Positions 13,346 to 27,733 of a stretch of 64,000 nucleotides of DNA are shown here, piece after piece (within the stretch, counting starts at the first letter, position 1; the number at the start of each line of letters is the position of its first letter). The translations under genes were made by a program, and so were the position numbers. Source of the DNA: Eledone cirrhosa (lineage: Eukaryota). The stretch is taken from contig OZ024740.1 in the NCBI GenBank assembly GCA_964016885.1, positions 268,398,001 to 268,462,000 of the forward strand, in the 5' to 3' direction. The notes under the pieces were generated by a model, which worked only from the letters and a program-made list of their open reading frames with translations, had not been told where the DNA came from and ran no database searches.

Positions 13346-14961
13346 ACGTTGTAGGAAGTATTTTGGTAATTTTTAATGTGATCTCCGAAGGAAAAAGAAA
13401 AGAGTGTTAATCATGAAACACTTAAACTTTGACAAGATATGTAGTGTTTAATTGGAATAATCAATCAAAATTTCAGCATCAACAATTAATTGTGTACCAC
13501 ATGGCACAAATGTTCATTCCTCCTTCAACTCTCCATTATTCCACAATGATGCTAAAATAAATATAAATACAACTCATGAAGAAGAAATGTATTTAGTATA
13601 ACTGAAATTTATTACGATTCTCGTAAATCACTTTCAGAAATTCAATTGAATCATTTGATGACAAAATTATTTCAAAGCAAGTTAAGTCACTCTCAGGTTT
13701 AGGGTTAAAGAATAAAATATATGATTCCGAACGAAACATTTGGATTATATTATTTGGCGAGGAGAATTCAAGTATTCACTACACAATTAATTATTGCAGG
13801 CCTAAGGGAAAATCAAAACGGAATATTATACAAAACTAATAGATGTGTTTATTTATGCCTCAGAGAAGGACATAAAAGTTGTTATTATATAGTGTCTCAT
13901 CCACACCACCAAAACACTGTACAAATATCTGAGACATGAAAATATTGACCTGCTATAAAATTGATAAATTACCACGAGCATAACTTTTTTTTTTCTGATT
14001 TAAAAGCATTCGCATTTCTACTTATAATTTAAGGTGACTATATAAGCTTTCGACATAACGGGGTTCTCACATTTTTTCTTAGAGTAAAACTGGTGAACTA
14101 AAGACACTTGAATCTAAATCGTTTAATGCAATTCCTACTGCGGATTTGAAAAGTTATCATAGCCTCAAGCGTGTACCTGAATTTTCTTAAGATAGTGGAA
14201 TGTACAAACGACATTGTCATGGGTGTAACTAGAGTAAAATTGAATGATTGTTAGGCCAGAAACTAAAGATTCTATAAAAGATTCCATCTAGTGACAACGT
14301 GGTATAACATAAAGTACCAAGTAATTTTGCAGAACGTCTACAGCATGATTATAGATGATACAGATATATTTTATATCTTCAAGTTACAATGCCACCAAAT
14401 ATTTGACATCAAGAAATAAATGATAACTGTAAAATGAATTTAGCTTTTTTTAAAAATTGATTTGAATAATTTAAATGATTCTTCAACGATATAATTGCTT
14501 GAGTTATATTTATGCTTGTACAAAATAAAGTATTTTTTTCATCTATAAATAATTATTTCATTTATTCATCTTGTTTTGTAAATAGAATTTTGTCAATAAT
14601 TTTTCACATTATTTTGCTGTAAAATTCGTTTTATTTTAAAATCCTAATATCGGAGGAATGGAAAATAATAGATTTGAAAAAAAAAAACGTTATAAAATCT
14701 AGATAGACCAACTTTTATTTCTTATTTTCATTTATAAATACGTAATAAGACGTAAAGAAATATAATCAATTAGTGATTTGTTAGCATGCAATGATCTGTC
14801 AAGTTGACTTATCCACCATTAGGTATGCACAGATAACATTTTAATAGTGTGTATTAAACACAATGAGCTATGAAACTCACCAAGACAATGTAACATACGT
14901 GAGTGTGTATGTATATATATATATATGTATGTGTGTATTAAATTAAAGATTAAAGATTTCT

Positions 14962-15012
<51 letters not shown>

Positions 15013-15027
15013 CACATATATATATAT

Positions 15028-15834
15028 AGTATACGAGTATCGGAATTAAGAGTATTCCGCAGTTCACAGTAATAATAATAATATTAGCTCAAACAAGAAT
15101 AGGGAACTTTCTTCTGAGCTCAAATACAAATATATTACACAAAGAGAAGTGTGTTACACAGTGAGACGTGTGTAAAGAATTATTACAAGTGAGTTTTACC
15201 GTTACTGTATAGAGAACAATATCTACAGGTTTAGCAATTAAATAGAAAAAAACTAAGTCAGAATCAATTCTCTGAAGTAGAGTTTTAAATTACCAACCTT
15301 ATAACTATAAGTTTGCTGATACGAATCTCGTTCGTTTCACCACAGGCATGTGCAGTTTAACAGCCCACAGGATCCCCAGTCAGCAAATGTGGATGCTGTT
15401 CACGACACATCTAACCTCGTGGGTAGAGAGAAAGCTAATATACACGCTGCTCAGAGTAGGGCGAAATCACGTGTTATTTGCATCAAATAACGGCTCTCAT
15501 AGATTGGGGAAAATGCTAGAGAGGGCAGCCCAACCATTCGAATTAATTAGCTCAACAATTTGGAGCTCGTTAAGTATACGAGGATCGGAATTAAGAGTAT
15601 TCCGCAGTTCACAGTAATAATAATAATATTAGCTCAAAGAAGAGTAGAGAATTTTCTTCTGAGCTCAAATGCAAATATATTACACAAAGAGAAGTGTGTT
15701 ACACAGTGAGACGTGTGTAAAGAATTGCTAAACCTGTAGATATTGTTCTCTATACAGTAAAACTCACTTGTAATAATTCTTTACACACGTCTCACTGTGT
15801 AACACACGTCTTTTTATGTAATATATTTGCATTT
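15028..15834. repeat. (TA)n-flanked island with a direct repeat (15028-15181 = 15573-15726) followed by an inverted copy (15723-15834 vs 15122-15239)
   Basis: Direct read of the sequence. The partial-tandem plus inverted layout resembles PLE pseudo-LTRs. Confidence 0.8.
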
Positions 15835-16429
15835 CTATATATATATTTACAATCTAAAACGAAAAAAAATTTGTTTTCTTTTATAAATAGTGGTTGGTTT
15901 TCAGAAACAGTTATTATTAACTAATTAGATTTTGCACTAAAGGATTTAGCTCCGAGTTTCATTTTGATTTGTATTGGATATTTCTTTTTCTTTTTCCGTA
16001 CATTTTGCTATATTCGGTATTGAATCATGTACTCCATAAGCTTGTCGCTTATGTTTTTTTCTAAGACAAGAGACGCTTATGACAAAAAGAAATACAGTCC
16101 ATGACAAGGGACGTAACTTTGGTTTAACTAGTAATTAGATGTACAGTGGGTTTGGTTGAGGTTTGTATTGGTTTACAGCATATTTACATGCTGAAGCTTT
16201 GTTGTTCAGATGTGTAATATCTAAATTGATAGAATGTGAAAACTGCGGAAGTCGTAAAACTAATCATCAGAGGAAACGTCTTTAGATAAATTCCAGTAAA
16301 GTAAGAAACACTTTTATATCTGTCGGTTTACGAACTGTGATACAGTACCGTCAGGAAAATAAGAACTTTCCACCTTAAAGTATGTACTTTTTCCTAAATA
16401 TTATATGTTTGATACATATTTACATATAT

Positions 16430-16459
<30 letters not shown>

Positions 16460-16463
<4 letters not shown>

Positions 16464-16918
16464 GTAGTTAAAAAAGCCACAACAATGCAGAGGGAAATCT
16501 CGAGGTAGGAAGTGAAAGATAGATAGGAAAAACAGGTGAAAGTGAAAATTGAGAGAGACAAAGATGAAAACAAAACAAAGGTAGAAGGGTTACCGTAGTA
16601 GAGATTTAATCCCAATATTTCAGGCTCACGCCCATCAACGGGGGAAAGTTCCAAAAGGGGGGGAACAGGCCAAGCGGAGAAAGTTGTGATGTCGTTAAGA
16701 CAGGAATGCCTGTTCCCCCCCTTTTGGAACTTTCCCCCGTTGATGGGCGTGAGCCCGAAATATTGGGATTAAATCTCTACTACGGTAACCCTTCTACCTT
16801 TGTTTTGTTTTCATCTTTGTCTCTCTCAATTTTCACTTTCACCTGTTTTTCCTATCTATCTTTCACTTCCTACCTCGAGATTTCCCTCTGCATTGTTGTG
16901 GCTTTCTTAACTACGTAT
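16460..16918. repeat. Fold-back inverted repeat (arms 16460-16670 and 16708-16918) between (TA)n tracts
   Basis: Near-perfect reverse complement. The ORF track gives the same peptide on both strands. Confidence 0.95.
16733..16768 (+). ncRNA. Degenerate minimal type I hammerhead ribozyme (mirror copy at 16610-16645, minus strand)
   Basis: TCCC-CCGTTGA-T-GGGC GTGA GCCC-GAAA-TA-TT-GGGA. Stems I and II are intact; the core has two substitutions versus CTGATGA. Confidence 0.55.
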
Positions 16919-17020
16919 TTTACACATTTCCCAGTGCTTCAAGCAAACTTTAACACCCTCTTATATATATATATATATATATACATTGTGTGTGTGTGAA
17001 TGTAATACATACAAACATAC

Positions 17021-17069
<49 letters not shown>

Positions 17070-17806
17070 CTAAGGTCAACACTAAGAAAGAAAGAAAGAA
17101 AACTACGGACAAAAATATGAACTTTTCTCCCTAAATGTGTATGTAAAAACAAAAAGATTTTTCTCCATATTCTTATTATTTTTTATTAATATCCAATTTA
17201 ATTGCATTATACACTTCCGTCGTTGATAAATCATATAAATCTGAAACCGGAACAAATGTGGAAATTCCTATTTTGTAAATAAATGTTTTGATGTTATTCT
17301 GAGAGAAAATCCATTTAGCCTTTTCTACTGTTTTATTTTTTTCCCTTTTTACTATTTTTTCTATATATATCAACTCGTGTGTCACTTCTCTTCATTCCAT
17401 ATATATATTCCATATATATATATGTGTAGTGCAGGTTGTATAAATATATAACTTGGAAATATAATCATATCATGTTTTAGCCTCTGATATATTTCTTATT
17501 ATATAACTATCAAAGGAACAGAAGTCTTCCGGTACCATCTTTTAACGAATACGTCAAGTGTTTATTTCAATGTTATATGAAACGGTTTCTTTTTTTTTTT
17601 ATGTAATTTATGATCATTCGTAATACTAATTCCTTGATAATGAGTTTAAAATATTTGAAGCGTTGAATATAAAATAGCGTAAAATTTATTATTGGCGATA
17701 GGTTACGATCTTTAGAGGAATATGCAGTATCTTAACTGAATAATTTGACATATGTTCCTCTCTTCATATTCAACTTTACAGTAATACAATGCTAGTAACA
17801 TATTTA

Positions 17807-17841
<35 letters not shown>

Positions 17842-17904
17842 CCTTATCGCGCTCTCTTCGGATTTTAGTCTTCACATTATATACATATATATACATATAT
17901 ATAT

Positions 17905-18183
17905 ATAAGCGCTCATATATTCACCTAGCTTATGCTAACAGAATAACTATGTAGCTTGTTCCCTTCCTATCTACGGTTAGCTTTCCTCTTTGTTGTTTAC
18001 TTGTCTCACTCGCTTTACGCGTTTTAATTGTCCTAATAACTTAATTTAGTTATTATTGCACCAACGTGAGCTATATGATTTTTAATGCAATGAAATATCT
18101 ATGATCGTTGGCAAATCACTGATGAGGGACTCATTTTATAACATGTTATCCATGTGCAACCTGCAGTATTCTTCTCCCCATTT

Positions 18184-18190
<7 letters not shown>
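17905..18190. repeat. (TA)n-flanked ~285-bp repeat, inverted partner at 23275-23560
   Basis: Reverse-complement similarity. A diverged third copy lies at about 29720-29950. Confidence 0.85.
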
Positions 18191-18255
<65 letters not shown>

Positions 18256-18608
18256 GCATGTATGTGTACGTGTACGTGGGCATCTTTGAGTGTATGTGTG
18301 TACATGTGTGTGTGTGTGTGCAAATACAGGTTAGCTGATTAAAATTCTGTACCTGTTGCTTGCAAAGACTGAACTGAACAAACAGCCATGTAGCATACTA
18401 AAATATTTTTTAACTGCTATATTTTTTTATTAAATTGCATTTGGTATATATCTATATCTCTCTCCCTATATATATATATATATAATATATATAGATATAT
18501 ATATAGATATATATAGATATATATAGATATATATATAACTAAATATTTCCTTTACATCAGACTACATTCGCAACATTTATATATGTGTATTTATATATAT
18601 ACATACAC

Positions 18609-19100
18609 ATAAACTAATGTATATGATGAAACACAGATACCAACACATCTGTATTTATATTGCAAAAGAAAATTTAGCCAGAATGAAGTATACTAATTAT
18701 TATACTACAGTTTGTCCATATCGATTTAAAATAATAAATCAACAAAGACCATGTGCGTTACACAGTCTTTTAAATTATTTAGAAGTGAAGCATATCAATT
18801 TGTCCCTGGATGTTTACTGAGGAGAGCAGGACATGATATTCCTACACTTATTCATCTCGAAACATATTTGGATTTTAAAGTTTAAACTTATCTACGGAAC
18901 AGGTTTGATTTTGAAATTTAATTGTGTCTAAACATCATAGCCATTTGGCAATGCAGTTCGTCTTTGTTGATTTATTATTTTAAATCGATATGGACAAACT
19001 TTAGTATAATAATTAGTATACTTCATTCTGGCTAAATTTTCTTTTGCAATATAAATACAGATGTGTTGGTATCTGTGTTTCATCATATATATTAGTTTAT
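18609..19100. repeat. Inverted repeat (arms about 18609-18707 and 19002-19100)
   Basis: TAAACTAATGTATATGATGAAACACAGATACC... versus ...GGTATCTGTGTTTCATCATATATATTAGTTTA. Confidence 0.85.
18812..18873 (+). ncRNA. Weak hammerhead ribozyme candidate
   Basis: GTTTA-CTGAGGA-GAG...CTC-GAAA-CATA-TT-TGGAT. Stem I is mostly G-U pairs. Confidence 0.4.
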
Positions 19101-19214
19101 ACACGGCTCAGAAATATTTCCTTCTTCGAGCTAATTCCATTGTAAAAGAATTCATTACACTTAATAATACATACACATATATATATTTTTAAATACATAC
19201 ATTTATATATTTAA

Positions 19215-19256
<42 letters not shown>

Positions 19257-19432
19257 TATATATGTATGTATATATATATTATATAATACATTTATATATG
19301 TACATATACACACACAAATATATATATACACACACAAATATATATATATACATATATATGTATGTACTTATATACATACATACATTTATATATGTATATA
19401 TATATTACACACACTCACACATATATATATAC

Positions 19433-19513
<81 letters not shown>

Positions 19514-19526
19514 ACTGTCTATATTG

Positions 19527-19711
<185 letters not shown>

Positions 19712-19787
19712 CGAAGGAAATGTGGTAAGGAACCAGGTGGACCATAACGCACCAAAGTACTCAATACTTAGGGTAGTAGAGTGGGTA

Positions 19788-20726
19788 ATAGGAACAAGTA
19801 GGACCCCGACGGCTGAGCTCAAGCCGTTTCGACGGCTAATTCTGGACTAAATGAAAATTTTTATCCTGGTATATGAATAGCCGAGCTTCTCAGGGGGTAA
19901 TTCCATATATGGTAAAAGTGATTGTCACAAGGTTTGGTCAAAAGTTTGTTGTTGAGACACATAATTCTACCATGGCAATTTGTGGAGGGAAAGGGTAGCT
20001 GAACCAGCCAGTAGAAGAAAGAGGGAGAGGGGGTGGAGGAAACCCAGTCGTGCGTTGATAGTGCCAACTACAGCTGGGCAGGAGGTCAAAGAAGTATACT
20101 AGGGAGGGGGAGGGGGAGGAAGTCGAAACAATAAGTAAAACAATATGGGGTAAATATATAGAAAAATACCGAGAATGTTAAAAAAACAATTAAATATAAA
20201 AAAAAAAAAAAAAAAAACAGTTTCTGGTTACTATAACCTAAGGACAGCTATCAAGTCTCTCACTGGTACTGCTAGACTAAAGAAAGGTTTACTAGGTGGG
20301 ACAGAATTATAAAGAGACCCTTTTAATTGTTTTTTTTAACATTCTCAGTATTTTTCTATATATTTACCCCATATTGTTTTACTTATTGTTTCGACTTCCT
20401 CCCCCTCCCCCTCCCTAGTATACTTCTTTGACCTCCTGCCCAGCTGTAGTTGGCACTATCAATGCACGACTGGGTTTCCTCCACCCCCTCTCCCTCTTTC
20501 TTCTACTGGCAGGTTCAGCTACCCCTTCCCTCCACAAATTGCCATGATAGAATTATGTGTCTCAACAACAAACTTTTGACCAATCCTTGTGACAATCACT
20601 TTTACCATATATGGAATTACCCCCTGAGAAGCTCGGCTATTCATATACCAGGATAAACATTTTCATTTAGTCCAGAATTAGCCGTCGAAACGGCTTGAGC
20701 TCAGCCGTCGGGGTCCTACTCGTTCC

Positions 20727-20729
<3 letters not shown>
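19788..20729. repeat. Large fold-back element (arms 19788-20194 and 20322-20729), probable inverted PLE pseudo-LTRs
   Basis: ~405-bp arms, highly similar as reverse complements, bounded by (TA)n. Each arm contains a hammerhead-like motif. Confidence 0.9.
20619..20714 (+). ncRNA. Full type I hammerhead-like ribozyme with atypical core (mirror copy at 19803-19898, minus strand)
   Basis: ACCCC-CTGAGAA-GCT-CGGCTATTC...GAATTAGCCG-TC-GAAA-CGGCT TGAGCTC AGCCG-TC-GGGGT. Three stems and a GUC cleavage triplet; core is CTGAGAA rather than CTGANGA. Confidence 0.65.
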
Positions 20730-20761
<32 letters not shown>

Positions 20762-22056
20762 TATGTGTGTAATATATATATATACATATATAAATGTATG
20801 TATGTATATAAATACATACATATATATGTATATATATATTTGTGTGTGTATATATATATTTGCGTGTGTATATATATATATATAAATGTATGTATATAAA
20901 TATATATATACATACATATATATATATATGCACATATATAAATGTATGTATATAAAAATGTATATATGTGTATGTATATATATAAATACACATATATAAA
21001 TGTTGCGAATGTAGTCTGATGTAAACGAAATATTTAGTTAGTCTCAGATTAAATAGTTATTTTGGGTGATAACATGGTTCTCACACTCTTCATCTAACTG
21101 TAGAATGCATTTACAGATGCTAATTTTTCTTATTTTTCTCTTTGCTTCTCTTCTCTTTCTTTCTTCTGATTCGTCTTCATTTTTCTTTTCTGTTTTCTTT
21201 ATTTTTACATCCTTGCAATGTAATAAAATAGCAATTCCTTATCTAAAAGATCCTTGTCACTATTTATTTATTTAACGTGGTGGTTTACAACGGAACTAGT
21301 TGGAAATTCCTTGGTTCAGAAGAAATTACAAACCGTATAGAGAGTGAAAGATAAATGTTTTCTTCTGAGTAGTAAAGCAAATATTCCATTGCTTCAACGA
21401 ATGTAAATCGATCTGCGGTCCCGATTCTGGAAATGAAGACAAACAATCCAGGCAATTTCGTGCCAGGCATTATTGTCACTATATTGTATGATACTTTTTT
21501 TTCTTCTGATTTATGATGATACTAAATCAATAAAACATCGATGAATATTTATGTCGGTGTACAGGAACTATATTGGGGAGACACAAGTCGGTCGTTCTAC
21601 TTGTTATATATATATAAACCAAATCGCCATCAAATCACGGACAATATAAATCTATAGAACAAGACGTGTTTGATAATATAGTACTACGTAACCCAAAAAT
21701 GACTGGGTAGTTACACAGCTAAGACGTCTTTGATCGTATCATATATCTGCTCGATTAGGATTCCCCTGACGCTACATAACATGTATTCATGTATGTGTGT
21801 GTGTGTATGTGTGTATCTGTGTATATTCATATCATATACATACCAATTGACTTTGTGCGTGGTGTTAAAACTGAAAGTCAATTACTAAGGGTTGTTTTTG
21901 TTGGTTAACATTAGGTCAATCACTTCTGATTGAGCAGGAGCTGATCAAATGTGTGGTGGTAATATCTTTATAGCTGTAAAAAATATTGTTTAGTCCCAAG
22001 TCAATCTTTGATCAAAGGTGTTCAGTCCTGTCTATCCCATTTTTTAAAAATACATA

Positions 22057-22226
22057 CTGTATTTCCTGGCGTCGAAGACACTACATTTTTCCTAAAATAT
22101 GTCTAAAAAATCTACTATGCAATCTGGAGGCCGAAGGTTGTTTATTATTTTTTTTTTCAAAATGTTGAATGTCAAAATTAGGGTGCGTCCTCAAAGACGA
22201 AGCGTCTTCGGCACCGGGACATACGG
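22057..22226. mobile_element. Tc1/mariner (pogo/Tc2-like) MITE
   Basis: TA|CTGTATTTCCTGGCGTCGAAGAC ... GTCTTCGGCACCGGGACATACGG|TA: TIRs with TA target duplication. Confidence 0.75.
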
Positions 22227-22479
22227 TAGGTCAACAATGTCAACAGTGATTTCCCTTTTGTTTAATTCTTAACATCCTGTAATTGGTTAGCACAAAATGC
22301 CTAAAATATGTTTGTTAATTCAAATGTTTATATTATTTTTACTAGTGAACAGGCAATTGGGGAAATTTGCAGTTTTAGATCAAATACTGTAATCTTTATG
22401 TGATGCAATCGGTTTCGTACTTTTCAAGAATGTCTTGCTATAGCAGTTTCATGTGTTACAACATGTTAAGTGTCAAAAC

Positions 22480-23150
22480 GGTGAGATAAGATTTAATGAA
22501 ATTTGATAAATGTTTTCATCAGGTAACTGAACTGGTACACTGTCATCAGCTCTAAGTTACCGATAGTAACACTGTAAGAGTTGTAAACTTCCTAATGCGT
22601 GAACAGGTAGAAAACGTCTGGCTTCTACCAGCTAACTTTCAATCTTAAGAGGTCGACAGTCTCTGGAATTCAGAATGTTATATAATGTAGAGCTGACTGT
22701 GTAGACAACCGGGGCAATGCCTTTGGTAAATAGGGGCTCCTGAGTAACTTTAATATCTTGAAGCTGGAATACAATCATTTCAAGCTGACGAGGTTGCAAT
22801 CGTTACGGTATCGAACACAAGGGCCGTCCTTATCGAGGTCTTCTAATGCCATTATAAACATCATACAGAAAAAGACAGCGGTGAGAGTCAACGCGAAGAC
22901 GTGGTACTTTACCTGGTTTCTTTCTGGCTAGTTGTTATATCTGACTTGACTAGAATATTCCTCATCTAGCAGCATGACCATGTTGAGGAATGTGATGGTG
23001 AGTCAGGTAATCCATTCTATGTTTTTTCAAAGACCTTTCCTGTCCACAGTGTTGAGCCCTTTCGTACTTTCACTTGTTCCATTCCTTACATTTCTCTGGA
23101 GCTGCCTGAGAACAAATACTGCGAGGACATCTATAGCAATCTGCATAATC
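22480..23150 (-). mobile_element. Old RTE-clade LINE reverse transcriptase remnant
   Basis: Broken frames give VFVLRQLQ / EKCKEWN / TVDRKGL, GPCVRYRNDCNL, QEPLFT and QFSYL, in RTE RT order. Confidence 0.65.
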
Positions 23151-23172
23151 TGCATAAGTAGAAAACACCAAT

Positions 23173-23238
<66 letters not shown>

Positions 23239-23246
23239 AGTGTGTG

Positions 23247-23283
<37 letters not shown>

Positions 23284-23623
23284 AAATGGGGAGAAGAATA
23301 CTGCAGGTTGCACATGGATAACATGTAATAAAATGAGTCCCTCATCAGTGATTTGCCGACGATCATAGATATTTCATTGCATTAAAAATCATATACCTCA
23401 CGTCGGTGCAATAATAACTAAATTATGTTATTAGGACAATTAAAACGCGTAAAGCGAGTGAGACAAGATAACAACAAAGAAGAGAGCTAACCGTAGAGAG
23501 GAAGGGAACAAGCTACATAGTTATTCTGTTAGCATAAGCTAGGTGAATATATGAGCGCTTAGAAAAAAGACCTTTCAGGCTGAATCCAAATGTGGAGAGG
23601 AAGCAGACGAGTTAGGATATATA

Positions 23624-24116
<493 letters not shown>

Positions 24117-24337
24117 ATATATATATATATATATACAAGTGTGTATGTATGTATATATATATATATATATATATATACAACTGCGTGTATGTATATATAT
24201 ATATATATATATATTGTGTATATAAATATATATATTGTGTATATATATATATATATATAATATATATATATATATATTGTGTGTATATATATATATAGCT
24301 GTGTGTGTGTATATATATACATAGGTGTGTGAGTATA

Positions 24338-24381
24338 TAAACATTTAAGTGTATGTATGTATACATATATATTTACATGTA

Positions 24382-24417
<36 letters not shown>

Positions 24418-24462
24418 TACATGTAAATATATATGTATACATACATACACTTAAATGTTTAT
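24338..24462. repeat. Short palindrome centred on a (TA)n tract
   Basis: AAACATTTAAGTGTATG...GTATTC(AT)nGAATAC...CATACACTTAAATGTTT. Confidence 0.8.
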
Positions 24463-24497
24463 GTATGTGTATGTATATATATATATATATATATGTT

Positions 24498-24547
<50 letters not shown>

Positions 24548-24906
24548 TGTGTGTGTATGTAAGTAGGCGTGTGCGCGTATTCTTGTCTGTGTGTGTTAAA
24601 AGTGAGATAATGCATAAGAAATTTGCCCCGAGGATTATAGAGAAATAGTTTTTTCATATTGTGAAAATTGGCGAGGAAGCCTTTCCTTCAGCAAAAGAAG
24701 ATATAAGTAAACTTTTGTAACAATTTATTTGGTAATTTTTTTATTTTTCAAATTCTTTATTAAATATTTATTATTGTCGGTTTTTGTTTATTTTATGCTA
24801 ATTAATAATCTCAGATTTATTGTTCTTTTGTTTGTTATTGTAATTTAGTTTTTTGGATTTTATGGTTAGGCTTCTAGTTTGGTTTTAGATAATATACTTA
24901 TATATA

Positions 24907-24941
<35 letters not shown>

Positions 24942-25420
24942 AATATAAGTATGTATACGTACATACATATATGTATACAGACGTACAGTAGTATGTATAT
25001 ATATATATATATACATACATGCACACATATATATATGTACGTATGGATTCACCGAACATTTATTATAATGCTCGGTGTGTTTGTAAACAAACTTCTCGTA
25101 TTAAGCCGTACAGTGTCTAGCAACCGTCGTTGCTCATTTGTTGAACACTGACAAAGGAACGCTCTACTAGTTTCAAGCTTATTAGCTATCGTCAGCAACG
25201 TATACCTTCCTGCCAGATGGTTGAACGTCTGAAAGTATATACTTTCCTTATGCATATTAACGGCTGAGCAGCCTAATTTGCATATCGAGTGAGTTAATCG
25301 GCCGGGGGTACCGAAAACGATAAACGATAAACGATAAACGATAAACGATAAACGATATATGATAAACGTTTTTGTTTTCGTATATACACATATATATGTA
25401 TATATACATATATATATGTA

Positions 25421-25464
<44 letters not shown>

Positions 25465-25534
25465 TATATATATTATTGCATTACGATTGACCATACGGAA
25501 TAGACCAGCTCTATACAGTGGTGAACCTCAAACC

Positions 25535-25664
<130 letters not shown>

Positions 25665-25681
25665 CATACATACATATATAT

Positions 25682-25718
<37 letters not shown>

Positions 25719-25725
25719 CATACGT

Positions 25726-25787
<62 letters not shown>

Positions 25788-26769
25788 TACAATAGAATAT
25801 AAAAGAAAAGCGAACACAGATATATAGATATATGCGTTCAAATCGTAAGGGACCTGATTCGCTAAGGTGAAAAGAATACTAACTATAGACAATAGGGTTC
25901 GCTTGTCTCAATTTAAGAAAACATTAAGAAAATAAATACAAACCGGAATTGTGGTAACTACCAATCACCCAGACAAAGAATAAACAAGAAACAAACGATA
26001 TTAGTGATTTATCTTCAAATGAATCTGATGTTTATATTTCTGAAATTTCGTTCGACGATGATTGTTGTTTTAAAATTGAAAACGAAGGTCTCCATATCTC
26101 ACTCTCTTTATACGGATTGTCAATAAAGTTGGTAATCTCCCTTTTTTTATAACGATTGTCAATAAAGTTGGTTATCTCCCTTACATCAATTTTGCTACCG
26201 ATAATTTTGATATCGATATTTTTATTGCTCAACGTGGGTCAATTGGAAAAGTTTTTGTGATGTCACCATCTTAGCGACCTGTGCAACGTGCACAGAAAAT
26301 TTGGTCAAATTCGGTTGGTAATTGTAAAAGCCTTAGGTATTCAAAGTTGTACACAGACACACACACATCCTCGCTTTTATATATATAAAGAACACAGATA
26401 TATATATATATATTGACTGCTAAACGAAGGCTTAATCTTTACTCTATATCCCACCCTAATAACTTATCGAGATTCCCTATAATACACTTAAACTTTTTCA
26501 TATAAGACTCTGTTTGTAAATTCATTAACTAAATCTCGCAACCCAAACCTTAAATTTAAAAGAAAAATTTAATTTTAAAAAAATGTTTAATTTTTAATTT
26601 TTAATTTTTTTATTTTTTATTTCATCCATAAGTTTAACGTTCCAAATTTCTGTTCACACATTATGTCATACAGAACCCACTATATATGCCTCTGTTAAGA
26701 TATAGGTTATTTGGAAAAACATTTTTCGCGACGATTTCTAGCCTGTCTGTAATGTGAACTTAACGCTGA

Positions 26770-26849
<80 letters not shown>

Positions 26850-26914
26850 TTTTTTTCTCTTTGACGGAGAGGTGGTAGTACATTATAAGCCTGCGCCCCC
26901 TCACCGAGTGGCCA

Positions 26915-27280
26915 ACACTTGAGGGCGAATGACTGAAGTGAAAGCAGCTAGTTGGTCAGTCGTCTTCTTGTCTTTGATTTTCAGCCCCATGGATTTTATC
27001 TGTTATGTTCCTTTGTTATATTTCGAATACCTGATGATGTCACCGGATTCCTACGGAACCCGGTCATTGAAATGATCATAGTATAATAAACCTTTCAAGG
27101 ATTTACACCAGTCCAGCCTCCTGTTATTTTATAATAATTAACTCCGTACTGGCACCACCAACTACACAAATGAAGACGAGTGAACTGCATTACGTTGAGT
27201 ACTCTCCATAATATTACATCGAGATTGACCATACGGAATGACCAATTCTATCCAGTGGTGAACCAACAAACCTAAATAAA
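26915..27280 (+). mobile_element. PLE pseudo-LTR-like repeat, copy 1
   Basis: Similar to 32545-32900; its 3' part also occurs at 25475-25540. Ends in (TA)n and contains a hammerhead. Confidence 0.7.
27027..27084 (+). ncRNA. Minimal type I hammerhead ribozyme
   Basis: ATAC-CTGATGA-TGTCACCGGATTCC TAC GGAACCCGGTCATT-GAAA-TGATCA (palindrome)-TA-GTAT. Confidence 0.8.
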
Positions 27281-27281
27281 T

Positions 27282-27385
<104 letters not shown>

Positions 27386-27733
27386 AATATATAAAATCAG
27401 CCTATGTGTGTGGATATAAAAGAAGAAGAAGAAGAAGAAGAAGAAGAAGAAGAAGAAGAAGAAGAAGAAGAAGAAGAAGAAGAAGAAGAAGAAGAAGAAG
27501 AAGAAGAAGAAGAAGAAGAAGAAGAAGAAGAAGAATTGTTTCTACTTTTGGCACAAGGCCAGCAATTACACAGTACATTACTGGTACTTTATTTTATCGA
27601 CCCTGTAAGGATGAAAGGCAAAGTTTACCTCGGCGGGATTATGCTAGTGATCATGCATCGTAACCATGATAATCATTTGGCGAACGGCATTGAACCAGAT
27701 TTTAATGTTTCAGAGAGACACGGAAAAATTCAA

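Noticed and set aside
18115-18170. CTGATGA-GGGAC motif (also near 23335-23350 on the minus strand and 29926-29940) as a hammerhead
   Set aside because: No GAAA directly after a stem II and no closing stem I. At most a heavily decayed motif.
20225-20250. TTACTATAACCTAAGGACAGC resembling a large-subunit rRNA or homing-endonuclease site
   Set aside because: Short gapped resemblance only, with no surrounding rRNA similarity.
19861-20656. Twin 68-aa ORFs on opposite strands (similarly at 16394 and 16706)
   Set aside because: Consequence of the inverted repeats; no coding signature.
21015-21040. CTGATGT-AAAC-GAAA-TA-TT
   Set aside because: Core mismatch, no stem II, and no stem I complement.
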